A stretch of DNA of 63,376 nucleotides from an uncultured Desulfurellales bacterium (GTDB lineage Bacteria; Campylobacterota_A; Desulfurellia; Desulfurellales; CAZERD01): contig CAZERD010000003.1 in assembly GCA_964515405.1 (NCBI GenBank), positions 1 through 63,376 of the forward strand, written 5' to 3'. Below the pieces are notes generated by a model. The model made no database searches. It saw only the letters and a list, made by a program, of their open reading frames with translations, and was not told the origin of the DNA. Within the stretch, counting starts at the first letter, position 1, and the number at the start of each line of letters is the position of its first letter. A program made the translations under genes and the position numbers. Positions 49,048-57,404 of this stretch are shown here, piece after piece.

Positions 49048-49434
49048 CCCCTTGGCAAATTCAATGTATTCCTTTATCAGTTCCTTCAGCAACTCCCCAA
49101 GCGTCATGTTTATATTTATCCTTGTAGTAACAGCAAAAATTGGAGGTTCTATATCAATCTCTCTAAGCAAGTCCATAGCTCTACTCACTTCTTTCCCATT
49201 CAAACCCGAGAGAAGAATAACTCTTGGAAGTTTCTCATCAAAGAAACCTCCACACTCCATGTTAAGTGCCTCACTGACTTTAACCTTCAGCATTTCTTTG
49301 CAAAAAACCTTCACTGAAACACCAATGTCCTTGGCAATACCTTCTAATCTCTTCACGTCGCGTGCACTATAACCACATACAAGCATAACACGCGGTCCAA
49401 CACCTAACGTACCCTTCAGCGGTTCAAACACCAC
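49033..49434 (-). CDS. Hypothetical protein (DUF3783-like), last gene of the 13-gene operon
   Basis: 133-aa ORF with a GTG start (alternative ATG at 49386), 8 nt downstream of the csaA-like gene. The family assignment is tentative and from memory. Confidence 0.4.
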   Translation of the reverse strand: MVFEPLKGTLGVGPRVMLVCGYSARDVKRLEGIAKDIGVSVKVFCKEMLKVKVSEALNMECGGFFDEKLPRVILLSGLNGKEVSRAMDLLREIDIEPPIFAVTTRININMTLGELLKELIKEYIEFAKGRGKG

Positions 49435-49442
49435 AACACACC

Positions 49443-49808
49443 TCAGAACAGCTTGCTCCCAAGCTTTACATCTTTAGCTGGTGTAACATACGTAGCAACC
49501 CCGCTCTCCGCACCAGGACATTGAACACCTAGTATCAACACCTCAGAAACAACATCCCCCACCCGCTTGGGTGGGAAATTTAATACACCCAAAACAAGTT
49601 TATTTCTAAGTTCATCTATCCCATGACACGTGAGTCTCGCCACACTAGTTTTCTCCCCAAATCTCCCGAAGTTAACCACCAACCTATAGGACTCACACGG
49701 AGCAGATGGCTCCAACCTCACGTCAACAATCCTCCCAACTCGAATGTCCAACCTACCAAATGTATCCCCAAAATCCACAACAGGTTTTATCTCCCTGGCC
49801 TTAGCCAC
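49443..49808 (-). CDS. csaA: CsaA-type tRNA-binding-domain (OB-fold) protein
   Basis: LDIRVGRIVDV, NFPPKRVGDVVSEVLILG pattern of the tRNA_bind/CsaA domain. 121 aa. Confidence 0.7.
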   Translation of the reverse strand: MAKAREIKPVVDFGDTFGRLDIRVGRIVDVRLEPSAPCESYRLVVNFGRFGEKTSVARLTCHGIDELRNKLVLGVLNFPPKRVGDVVSEVLILGVQCPGAESGVATYVTPAKDVKLGSKLF

Positions 49809-49811
49809 ATC

Positions 49812-50459
49812 TCACCCCCTTAAATATTCCATCATCCGCGATAAAGCTCCCCCAACACTCCTAATTGAACATCCTCCAATAAAACCAACCATGGAAACAA
49901 CCCCGTTTTCTTCATCCACTACAATCTCATCACATGCAACATCCACAGGCTGACATCCAAGTTCCGACACAACGTACTCAAATGAGTCCTCTCCGCCAAC
50001 AGCAAGCCTCATCCCAGACCCCTCGAAAATCCTCGCCGCCAACACCACGCTTGCACCAATAAATCCGAGTGGTTTACCGTTATCGTGCAGACCTTCAACC
50101 GCATCTCTAAGGGGCGTAATAATGCCGCAATCAATACCAGCAAAGGCAAAACTACTCAAGTGCTTCAGTACACCAAACCCACCCGGTATAACAAGGGCAT
50201 CCAGCATCCTAAAATTCATTCTTCTAATATCAAAGGCGTCTCCCCTAACAATCCTTGCAGACTCCACAAGTACATTTCTCACCTCAACCTTATTTTCCTC
50301 CGTAAGGTGATTGGCAACGTGAGATTGAGGCATGTTCGGAGCAAAGACTACAGGTTCCAAACCAAGCCTGTCAATATGATACAGCACCAGGGTTGACTCC
50401 ACCACATCACTACCGTCAATACATCCACAACCAGCAAGCACCACAGCAACCCTACTCAT
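49812..50459 (-). CDS. DJ-1/PfpI-superfamily protein, ElbB-like
   Basis: The N-terminus VAVVLAGCGCIDGSDVVES resembles E. coli ElbB (SGCGVYDGSEIHE), plus an FAPN segment. 215 aa. Confidence 0.7.
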   Translation of the reverse strand: MSRVAVVLAGCGCIDGSDVVESTLVLYHIDRLGLEPVVFAPNMPQSHVANHLTEENKVEVRNVLVESARIVRGDAFDIRRMNFRMLDALVIPGGFGVLKHLSSFAFAGIDCGIITPLRDAVEGLHDNGKPLGFIGASVVLAARIFEGSGMRLAVGGEDSFEYVVSELGCQPVDVACDEIVVDEENGVVSMVGFIGGCSIRSVGGALSRMMEYLRG

Positions 50460-50462
50460 ATC

Positions 50463-51512
50463 TCACTCCTCTGATATCCATTCATGCACCCCTCCAGACT
50501 CCTCATGCTCCAGAAATTCTTTGAAAAATTCTCTCAAACGTTCCTTTCTCCTCTTACCCTGCTCACACACAGGGCAAAGCTTCTCTTCCCTATTGGAGTA
50601 AAACTCTCGTGAACACAGCACACAAATTCTTTTCTCAAGTTCAACAAGCTTAACCGCTTTGGGCTTCAAATCAAGTGTAACTCCCACCTCCTTTGAAATA
50701 GCTTCATTCAAACACACATCCACACACGAATCACATGCTGTACACAACGAAGGATTAAAATATATAGCAGCACTGTTCTCTTTCTTTCTCATGATAAGAG
50801 CACCTTGGGTGCACGAGTTCACACACGCGCCACACATGTCACAACCGCCTTTTACTTTGAGCCTATATATGGCACCATACTCAACAACTTTCCCCAAAGC
50901 ATCATCCACAGCCTCTATCATTATATCTCTCTTTGGCTTATGAGGGGTCACAAGTTTCTTTGAAAAGATAAACCTCCTCGACACTGTATTTTTGGGGATA
51001 TGGGGTTCATCAGACAAGGACTCAACAATCAACACATTCTCTAATCCTTTACCCATAGAAAACAGCACGGACTTAGCCCTTTTCAAGTGCTCATCAAATA
51101 CACTGAGCGTCTTTCCAAACCGACACTTCTCACACTTACCCTTCTTGATAATTACTTTTCTCTTCGTCACAGCCCAGGAAACTATCAAATCATCCGTCAG
51201 TCTAGACAAACAAAACACATGAACAGCAGCATCAGAAAATATACACCCTACTTCAACCTCCTCCATTTCAGAAAGCTGCACCAGCATCCTATAATTATCA
51301 GTCTTTATCTCTATCGCCGAGCCTTCGCACGCTGCATAGCATAGACCACAGTGGATGCACTTACCCTTGTCAATAGTCACTGCACGTCCCATCCTTATGG
51401 CACCTACCATGCACACATCCTTGCACCTCTGACACCTACTACCAACAAAAGCAGAATATACGCATCTATCGGTAACCCTAACAAATCCAGCATGAGAAAA
51501 ATCATCAATCAT
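50463..51512 (-). CDS. Polyferredoxin-like protein with a C-terminal CxxC...CxxC zinc-ribbon-like tail, function unknown
   Basis: Cys clusters CQRCKDVC, CIHCGLCYAAC, CDMCGACVNSC and CTACDSCVDVC, then CVLC...CPVC. ATGA overlap with the feoB stop. Confidence 0.7.
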   Translation of the reverse strand: MIDDFSHAGFVRVTDRCVYSAFVGSRCQRCKDVCMVGAIRMGRAVTIDKGKCIHCGLCYAACEGSAIEIKTDNYRMLVQLSEMEEVEVGCIFSDAAVHVFCLSRLTDDLIVSWAVTKRKVIIKKGKCEKCRFGKTLSVFDEHLKRAKSVLFSMGKGLENVLIVESLSDEPHIPKNTVSRRFIFSKKLVTPHKPKRDIMIEAVDDALGKVVEYGAIYRLKVKGGCDMCGACVNSCTQGALIMRKKENSAAIYFNPSLCTACDSCVDVCLNEAISKEVGVTLDLKPKAVKLVELEKRICVLCSREFYSNREEKLCPVCEQGKRRKERLREFFKEFLEHEESGGVHEWISEE

Positions 51513-53398
51513 ACCAAAGCCACCACCTTAATCCCGTAGGCAAGGAAACAAGCCACAAAGAATGTAGAAACAATCAAAGTAATCGTATATTTAACCCCTA
51601 TTTCTCTAACAAGAGCAGCCATTGTTGCTACACACGGCACATAAAACATTACAAACACAGTAAAAACAAGCATTTGTACATGGCTCATGGTAGACGGTAT
51701 CATAGCCAAGCTCGAAACACCAAGAGCCTCATACAGCATCAAAAGTGTAAGTTCCTTCCTCAAAACTCCAAAGATCAGCACTACACCCACAGAAGCAGGC
51801 AAACCAAGCACACCCTCAAGTAAAGGGCTAAAAACGGCATTAATATAGGCGTCCACCCTGAAATATCCCATGAGTGCAAGAGCTATACTACCAGCTACAA
51901 GCATAGGCACGGCTATATAAACGAAATCCTTAATTTTATACCACACCTTAAGAACAAGACTTCTAAAGGTGGGAATACGATAAGGCGGTATATCAAACAT
52001 GGTTTCATGGCTTATACCAGGTATTACTCTCTTTAGCACAACCCCTGCAAGCACCACAACAACTACATCCAAACCATACAGAAAAATAACATAATAATAT
52101 CCAAGGAAATATCCCACAAGCCCCATTATAACAAGACTCCTGGCAGAACACGGCACCAATGAAGCTATAAAGGCAGTGATGAGCTTCTCCTTCTTGTTGT
52201 TCAGCATCCTCGTTGCCATCACAGCCGGAACATTACACCCGTAACCCATTATGAATGGTATTATGCTCATGCCGTGAACCCCCATCTTGTGAAGGAAAGA
52301 ATCCATTAGATACGCAATTCTTGGCAGATAACCCACATCCTCAAGGAAAGAAATTATGAGAATAAATGGTACAAGATAGGGCAAAGCTATGGTCAACGCC
52401 GCTCCTATTCCGTCCACAGCACTCTTTACAATTACGAAAGCCAACGTATTACCCATAACGGATAACAAAACATCATTCACCCTGATAAAGAAATCTCCAA
52501 TGATAGACTCAAACGGTGCTCCCCCCTTAAAAACAACATAGAACAAGGCCAAAAAGACCACTATCATTATGAGATAGCCAAGGATCGGGTGCATAACCAG
52601 AGAATCTATCCTGTCCTCAAGAGAAACTCCCGAACGAGACCTTACCCTGGCACAATGCTCAAATATATCCATGCACAGAGCATGCCTTTCCCTCTCAAGC
52701 GCTCCCTCGGGTATAAGCTCACGGACCTCCTCAAGCCTACCACTGCACCCCACATCCCTTACCATCTCTACGGCAGGCAGAAAACCCTCAACAGCCTTGA
52801 CAGAAAGCAATTTAACAGGCCACTCAACACCACGATGAGGCTTATTCTCCATGCAGTCCATTAATGCATCTATAACTCCCTCCGTCTCCTTAGAATACAC
52901 ACACCGTTCCAAAGGAGGCCTAGCACGTAAAGCTTCTCTCAACAACCTTTTTATATTTTTTCCCTTCCTAGCCACAATAGGAATTACTTCAACACCAAGC
53001 CTATCCTTTAGTTTCCCAACATCTATAGTAATACCTTTCCTCTCCGCTTCATCCATCATGTTCAAAGCCACAACCATAGGTTTATTGAGAGAAATAAGCT
53101 CAAGCGTAAGTTCTATACTCCTTATCATGGAGCTAGCATCGACTATGTTTACTATCACATCTATGCCAAGCGTAAAGATACCATTAACCGCCTCTTTCTC
53201 AGCATCATCGTAATAACTTAAGGAGTAGGTACCAGGTAGATCAACTACCTCAACAACAGTACCGTCAATCATCGTCTTTCCCACAATATAACCTACTGTA
53301 GCACCTGGAAAATTGGCAGGAAGACTCCTATACCCTGCTATGTTATTAAATAGTGTACTTTTACCGCAATTGGGTTGACCTACAAGCGCTATCCTCAA
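51509..53398 (-). CDS. feoB: Ferrous iron transporter FeoB
   Basis: N-terminal G-domain IALVGQPNCGKSTLFN and DLPGTYSL, followed by a polytopic membrane domain. 629 aa. Confidence 0.95.
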   Translation of the reverse strand: MRIALVGQPNCGKSTLFNNIAGYRSLPANFPGATVGYIVGKTMIDGTVVEVVDLPGTYSLSYYDDAEKEAVNGIFTLGIDVIVNIVDASSMIRSIELTLELISLNKPMVVALNMMDEAERKGITIDVGKLKDRLGVEVIPIVARKGKNIKRLLREALRARPPLERCVYSKETEGVIDALMDCMENKPHRGVEWPVKLLSVKAVEGFLPAVEMVRDVGCSGRLEEVRELIPEGALERERHALCMDIFEHCARVRSRSGVSLEDRIDSLVMHPILGYLIMIVVFLALFYVVFKGGAPFESIIGDFFIRVNDVLLSVMGNTLAFVIVKSAVDGIGAALTIALPYLVPFILIISFLEDVGYLPRIAYLMDSFLHKMGVHGMSIIPFIMGYGCNVPAVMATRMLNNKKEKLITAFIASLVPCSARSLVIMGLVGYFLGYYYVIFLYGLDVVVVVLAGVVLKRVIPGISHETMFDIPPYRIPTFRSLVLKVWYKIKDFVYIAVPMLVAGSIALALMGYFRVDAYINAVFSPLLEGVLGLPASVGVVLIFGVLRKELTLLMLYEALGVSSLAMIPSTMSHVQMLVFTVFVMFYVPCVATMAALVREIGVKYTITLIVSTFFVACFLAYGIKVVALV

Positions 53399-53628
53399 CT
53401 ACCATTCATCTCCTCAACTATGATTTTGCTCGCTATTCCTCTCCCAACCACCACGTTACTCCCGTCCACTTCAACCACAATTGGTCCCCTCAACGGTGCT
53501 TTCCTTTTCAGTTTTACAATCACACCCGGGACTATCCCCAGAGAAACCATCCTCATCCTCGCCACGCAACCTCTCTCTATACTCCTAATCCTGTAGCTTT
53601 TACCAAGCTCCCCTTCTATAAGCCTCAT
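53395..53628 (-). CDS. feoA: FeoA-family protein
   Basis: 77-aa SH3-like FeoA pattern (LGIVPGVIVKLKRKAPLRGPIVVEVDGSNVVVGRGIASKI). ATGA overlap with feoB. Confidence 0.8.
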   Translation of the reverse strand: MRLIEGELGKSYRIRSIERGCVARMRMVSLGIVPGVIVKLKRKAPLRGPIVVEVDGSNVVVGRGIASKIIVEEMNGS

Positions 53629-53652
53629 AATCCTCAGCGCTTCAGAGATTGC

Positions 53653-53841
53653 CTACTCCTTATCTCTCTTGGAAAGTTTCTCATCTATTTCAGAAAGCTT
53701 CCTCCTTATTGAAATAAGCACAAACGGCACAATAGCCCAACCAACAACAAAAATAACCACAAAAACTACCAACAACACCGCCATCAACACGGATATAGTG
53801 TTACCAAAGGCCCTTTCGATAATATAGGAAAAATCACTCAT
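53653..53841 (-). CDS. Small single/double-pass membrane protein (62 aa), unknown function
   Basis: Hydrophobic core VLMAVLLVVFVVIFVVGWAIVPFVLI with a charged tail. 4-nt overlap with the upstream gene and a GAGGA Shine-Dalgarno context for the next gene. Confidence 0.4.
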   Translation of the reverse strand: MSDFSYIIERAFGNTISVLMAVLLVVFVVIFVVGWAIVPFVLISIRRKLSEIDEKLSKRDKE

Positions 53842-54740
53842 ATCTTTTCACCTACCACCACAACAAATCCACCCTCGCCATAACCCTCTTTAAATCCTTG
53901 AACATCACTTATATCCGAAAGGGAAAAACCAAACAAGGTTTGACGAACCGACCTAACCTTGAATCCAACAACATCAAACAACCTAATAACTTCCTGTGCT
54001 GAAAAAAACTTTGCCATCCTATAGAACACACTTGCCTCTTTCTTTGAAAGGTACATCTGGCCAATCCTGCTATCCTTATCTACTATGGCAACCACAATCC
54101 TGCCGTGTTCCTCCAATACCCTGTGGGCCTCCTTCAATGCCCTATCAGGTTCCTTAATGAAACATATGGCAACGGCCATCAACACAGAACCAACACTCTT
54201 ATTCTCAAAAGGCAAATCCTCTGCAAAACCAAATTTAATATGCATACCTCTTCTGATAGCCAGCTTCCCCATCTCAAAGGAAGGCTCAACTCCACATCTC
54301 ACGCCGAGGGGAATACCGAATCTACCACTTCCGGCACCAACCTCAAGATCACCTCCATCCGGCAGTACGCTTTTAAGAACAAAGAGTTCAGTCCGATAAA
54401 CTACATCATTCCTTTCAAACCATCCCTCATAGTCCTCTTGGAATTCACCAAACACTGAGAATCCATCTATCCTGTTTCTATAAAAGCCGAGGGCCTCATC
54501 AACAGAGTTAATTCTCCTAAACTCTACCGGTTCTATATCATTCACAATAAAGGGTCTTTCATCAACAACACCCCTTGAAAGCACAACATTTACACCTAGC
54601 CCAACAAGATAGTCACCATCACAATGCTCTACTCTCTTCACATTCCACCTATCTGAATCTAGTACAACCCATTCCTGATCCAGCGAATAATCACCCCTAA
54701 TAAGCTTCCCATTTCCATCGGAACAAACTGCAATCCTCAT
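53838..54740 (-). CDS. Fusion protein: degenerate NifX/NifB-C-like N-terminal domain plus a class I SAM methyltransferase
   Basis: N-terminus MRIAVCSDGNGK...GVNVVLSRG...SVDEAL resembles the Nitro_FeMo-Co domain layout. C-terminal Methyltransf_11-type LEVGAGSGRF and LEEHGRIVV. Confidence 0.6.
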   Translation of the reverse strand: MRIAVCSDGNGKLIRGDYSLDQEWVVLDSDRWNVKRVEHCDGDYLVGLGVNVVLSRGVVDERPFIVNDIEPVEFRRINSVDEALGFYRNRIDGFSVFGEFQEDYEGWFERNDVVYRTELFVLKSVLPDGGDLEVGAGSGRFGIPLGVRCGVEPSFEMGKLAIRRGMHIKFGFAEDLPFENKSVGSVLMAVAICFIKEPDRALKEAHRVLEEHGRIVVAIVDKDSRIGQMYLSKKEASVFYRMAKFFSAQEVIRLFDVVGFKVRSVRQTLFGFSLSDISDVQGFKEGYGEGGFVVVVGEKI

Positions 54741-54749
54741 GCTAGCACT

Positions 54750-55040
54750 CTACTTCTTATCGAGAGCCTTTAGAAATTCCATTGTTTCCTTGGCCCAAAC
54801 AAAGTTTTCCACAACAATATCAACGTCTTCTACACCTTCCAACGAGAGTAACGCCTTCTTTATAGCTATGGCGAGCTGCATTCCCACAGGACAGTTTTCC
54901 ACCGTAGGCCTGAACTTCAGGGATACCTTTTCACCCTCAACCTTAATGTCTCTCACGAGTTGCAGTTTTAATACGTTCTCTTTCAGCTCAGGATCATAAA
55001 CCTCCTCAAGCTTCCTCAACACCACATCTCTCAAACTCAT
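54750..55040 (-). CDS. DUF59 / MIP18-family Fe-S assembly-type protein
   Basis: 96 aa with VYDPELKENV and TVENCPVG segments typical of DUF59 (SufT/PaaD-like). Confidence 0.75.
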   Translation of the reverse strand: MSLRDVVLRKLEEVYDPELKENVLKLQLVRDIKVEGEKVSLKFRPTVENCPVGMQLAIAIKKALLSLEGVEDVDIVVENFVWAKETMEFLKALDKK

Positions 55041-55909
55041 AGTTCACCTATTATTCTACTCAAAATTTCAGAAAACACGCCCCTCAGATGAAAGCAGTAC
55101 TCAACAGCTATCTTTTCCTCCACGAGAGCATCCATAACACACCTATCGAACGGTATCCTTCCCAGGAGTACCATATCTTCCTTTTCAGCAAACTCCTCTA
55201 TCCTATCCCTTACATCCTCATTTACATCGTGTTTATTTATTACTATACCACTCCTAAGCTTGAACGAATTAATCAGATCTTTCAGTCTCTTAAGATCATG
55301 GAATCCTGAGTGTGTAGGCTCAACCACAACAATCGCAAAGTCAGCATCGGAAAGAGTAGATATGACAGGACATCCAATACCAGGAGAACCGTCCACCAAA
55401 ACGTAAGGAATAGATTCCTCATCTGCCACTATACGGGCCCTATGCTTTACCATGGTAACAAGGTTACCGGAGTTTTCGGCACCTGGAAACAGCCTGGCAT
55501 GTATAAACTTCCCATACGCAGTGTCTGACTCAAACCACTCCCCACTAAAAACCTCCACCATATCAATAGCCCCAGAAGCACACGCTATTTTGCAAAGGGT
55601 ACAGCTATCACATCTAACAGGATCCACTTCATAAATGCCAGAATCACTCACACTAATAGCATCGAATCTGCACAACTGCGCACATACATCACACCTGGTA
55701 CACCTTTTAGGGTCTATTCTAGCGATAGACTTTCCCTTGAACAGTTCTCTTCTTTTGACATTGGGCTTCAGAAGTACATGCAAATCAGCAGCATCAGCAT
55801 CAGCATCCACTATAACCTTATTATCAAGCAAAACACACAGGGAAGCAACAAGAGTTGTCTTGCCAGAGCCGCCCTTCCCGCTTACGACAACTATCTCTTT
55901 GACACTCAT
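55037..55909 (-). CDS. MinD/Mrp-superfamily P-loop ATPase with an inserted 2x[4Fe-4S] ferredoxin domain
   Basis: Deviant Walker A VSGKGGSGKT, insert CTRCDVCAQLC and CDSCTLCKIAC, and a conserved GSPGIGCPV. Confidence 0.85.
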   Translation of the reverse strand: MSVKEIVVVSGKGGSGKTTLVASLCVLLDNKVIVDADADAADLHVLLKPNVKRRELFKGKSIARIDPKRCTRCDVCAQLCRFDAISVSDSGIYEVDPVRCDSCTLCKIACASGAIDMVEVFSGEWFESDTAYGKFIHARLFPGAENSGNLVTMVKHRARIVADEESIPYVLVDGSPGIGCPVISTLSDADFAIVVVEPTHSGFHDLKRLKDLINSFKLRSGIVINKHDVNEDVRDRIEEFAEKEDMVLLGRIPFDRCVMDALVEEKIAVEYCFHLRGVFSEILSRIIGEL

Positions 55910-56736
55910 ATTAATTCCCTGATTTTGCCAAGTAATCTGACGAAGCTATCCCTATACTGCTCAACAAACAGATCACCACGTGAGTACTGCTTCATAAAAC
56001 CCTCCGCATAGGGTATCCTATGAATGACATCTATACCTTCTTCCTTGGCATATTCATCTATTATGGTAACGCTTCTATTATCCTTGTTTATCAGTACTCC
56101 AAATTTCTTACCTAGCTTCTTGACAAGCTCTACAGATAATACAAGATCGTTCAATCCAAACGGAGTAGGTTCAGTAACAAGAATCACGTAATCAGCATCA
56201 TGTATAGCCTCAACAACCGGACAACTTGTACCCGGCGGTGTATCCAGTATATTCACTTTTGAATCATCCATATACCTCTTCATGCCCTCAATCAGCGGAA
56301 CAGCACTGGGTTGTCCAACGTCCAACACCCCCTCAATGAAACACACACCAGCAGCAGAACCGATATGGATTTCACCTTTCCTATCCTGAATCTCAACCAA
56401 GGCATCTTCTACAGGACAAACATACTTACACACTCCGCAGGAGTGACATAGATCTTTGAAAAACATCGTTTTCCTTAGGACATTACTCACAACGAGAGCT
56501 TTATACACACAGGCATCTGCACATTTCTCACAGAAAGAACACTCATTCTCATTAATCTTTGGCACCGGCTCAGTGTATTCTATAACCCTTTCTATCACGG
56601 GTTTAAGAAATATATGACCGTTTGGCTCCTCCACATCACAATCCACATAACATGCATTATCAACAGACAAAGCCATCATCACAGCTATACTTGTCTTACC
56701 AGTACCGCCCTTACCACTCGCTATGGCAATCTTCAT
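55906..56736 (-). CDS. MinD/Mrp-superfamily P-loop ATPase with an inserted 2x[4Fe-4S] ferredoxin domain (paralog)
   Basis: ASGKGGTGKT, insert CSFCEKCADAC and CHSCGVCKYVCP, and TPPGTSCPV. 4-nt overlap with its paralog. Confidence 0.85.
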   Translation of the reverse strand: MKIAIASGKGGTGKTSIAVMMALSVDNACYVDCDVEEPNGHIFLKPVIERVIEYTEPVPKINENECSFCEKCADACVYKALVVSNVLRKTMFFKDLCHSCGVCKYVCPVEDALVEIQDRKGEIHIGSAAGVCFIEGVLDVGQPSAVPLIEGMKRYMDDSKVNILDTPPGTSCPVVEAIHDADYVILVTEPTPFGLNDLVLSVELVKKLGKKFGVLINKDNRSVTIIDEYAKEEGIDVIHRIPYAEGFMKQYSRGDLFVEQYRDSFVRLLGKIRELI

Positions 56737-56745
56737 GCCAATCCC

Positions 56746-57078
56746 TCAAAAATGGCTTAAACTCCCCTTTTTAAACCTATCAACAACCTCTTTCACACTG
56801 AGACTCCCATCGGTAACATACATATCTATTGAAGCCATCTTTAATGTCTCCTGGGCGTTAGGGCCAAAACTACCCGATATCACTGCCCTGACACCTTTAT
56901 CTATGCAAAGCTTAGCCACAGATACACCTACCCCCCCATGTTCTCCGGTATGAGGATTTTCAATACTCTCAAAATCACCACTCTCTATATCATAAACAAT
57001 AAAATAGCGGGACCGCCCAAACCTTTCATCAACAGGACTGTCAATGGACGGCCCCATAGCTGTTACAAGTACCTTCAT
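56746..57078 (-). CDS. NifX/NifB-C-terminal-like (Nitro_FeMo-Co domain) protein
   Basis: 110 aa. MKVLVTA...ERFGRSRYFIVYD...GVRAVISGSFGPNA matches the family pattern. Confidence 0.8.
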   Translation of the reverse strand: MKVLVTAMGPSIDSPVDERFGRSRYFIVYDIESGDFESIENPHTGEHGGVGVSVAKLCIDKGVRAVISGSFGPNAQETLKMASIDMYVTDGSLSVKEVVDRFKKGSLSHF

Positions 57079-57317
57079 CCCAACTCCTTATCCAATTTTT
57101 CAAGTCTACCGTTAAGATAATCAAGATACTCCTTAACCCTCTTTATCTCCTCAGAAATAAACCTTTTCTCCTCGCTACGGGATACAGGTTCGTCATAATA
57201 CCACGGATCATACCACCTCCTGAGGCCCCACCTGGGTCTGTCAAAACCGTACACCCATCTCCTACAGTAATATCCTCTCCCAAACCCTCTACCAAATCCT
57301 CTACCATACCCAAACAT
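57075..57317 (-). CDS. DUF5320-like small protein (RG/aromatic N-terminus plus a C-terminal coiled coil)
   Basis: MFGYGRGFGRGFGRGYYCRR followed by the heptad-like EEIKRVKEYLDYLNGRLEKLDKEL. GGAGGTG Shine-Dalgarno. ATGA overlap with the next gene. Confidence 0.55.
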   Translation of the reverse strand: MFGYGRGFGRGFGRGYYCRRWVYGFDRPRWGLRRWYDPWYYDEPVSRSEEKRFISEEIKRVKEYLDYLNGRLEKLDKELG

Positions 57318-57340
57318 AGAGACACCTCCACTTTTTTAGT

Positions 57341-57369
57341 ATTATTGCACAAACACACCATATTGTCAC
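57341..57369 (-). promoter_or_regulatory. Candidate promoter of the 13-gene iron/Fe-S operon
   Basis: On the minus strand: GTGACA (57369-57364), a 17-nt spacer, AATAAT (57346-57341). An upstream TGTATACA palindrome at 57378-57385 sits in an alternating AT tract. Confidence 0.35.
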
Positions 57370-57404
57370 CCCATTTGTGTATACATATATATAGACAGGT
57401 GAAA

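Noticed and set aside
57318-57404. Fur box upstream of the iron operon
   Set aside because: There are only AT-rich partial resemblances (TGCAATAATACTA) and a TGTATACA palindrome, with no convincing 19-bp GATAATGATAATCATTATC-like site by eye. A PWM scan is needed.
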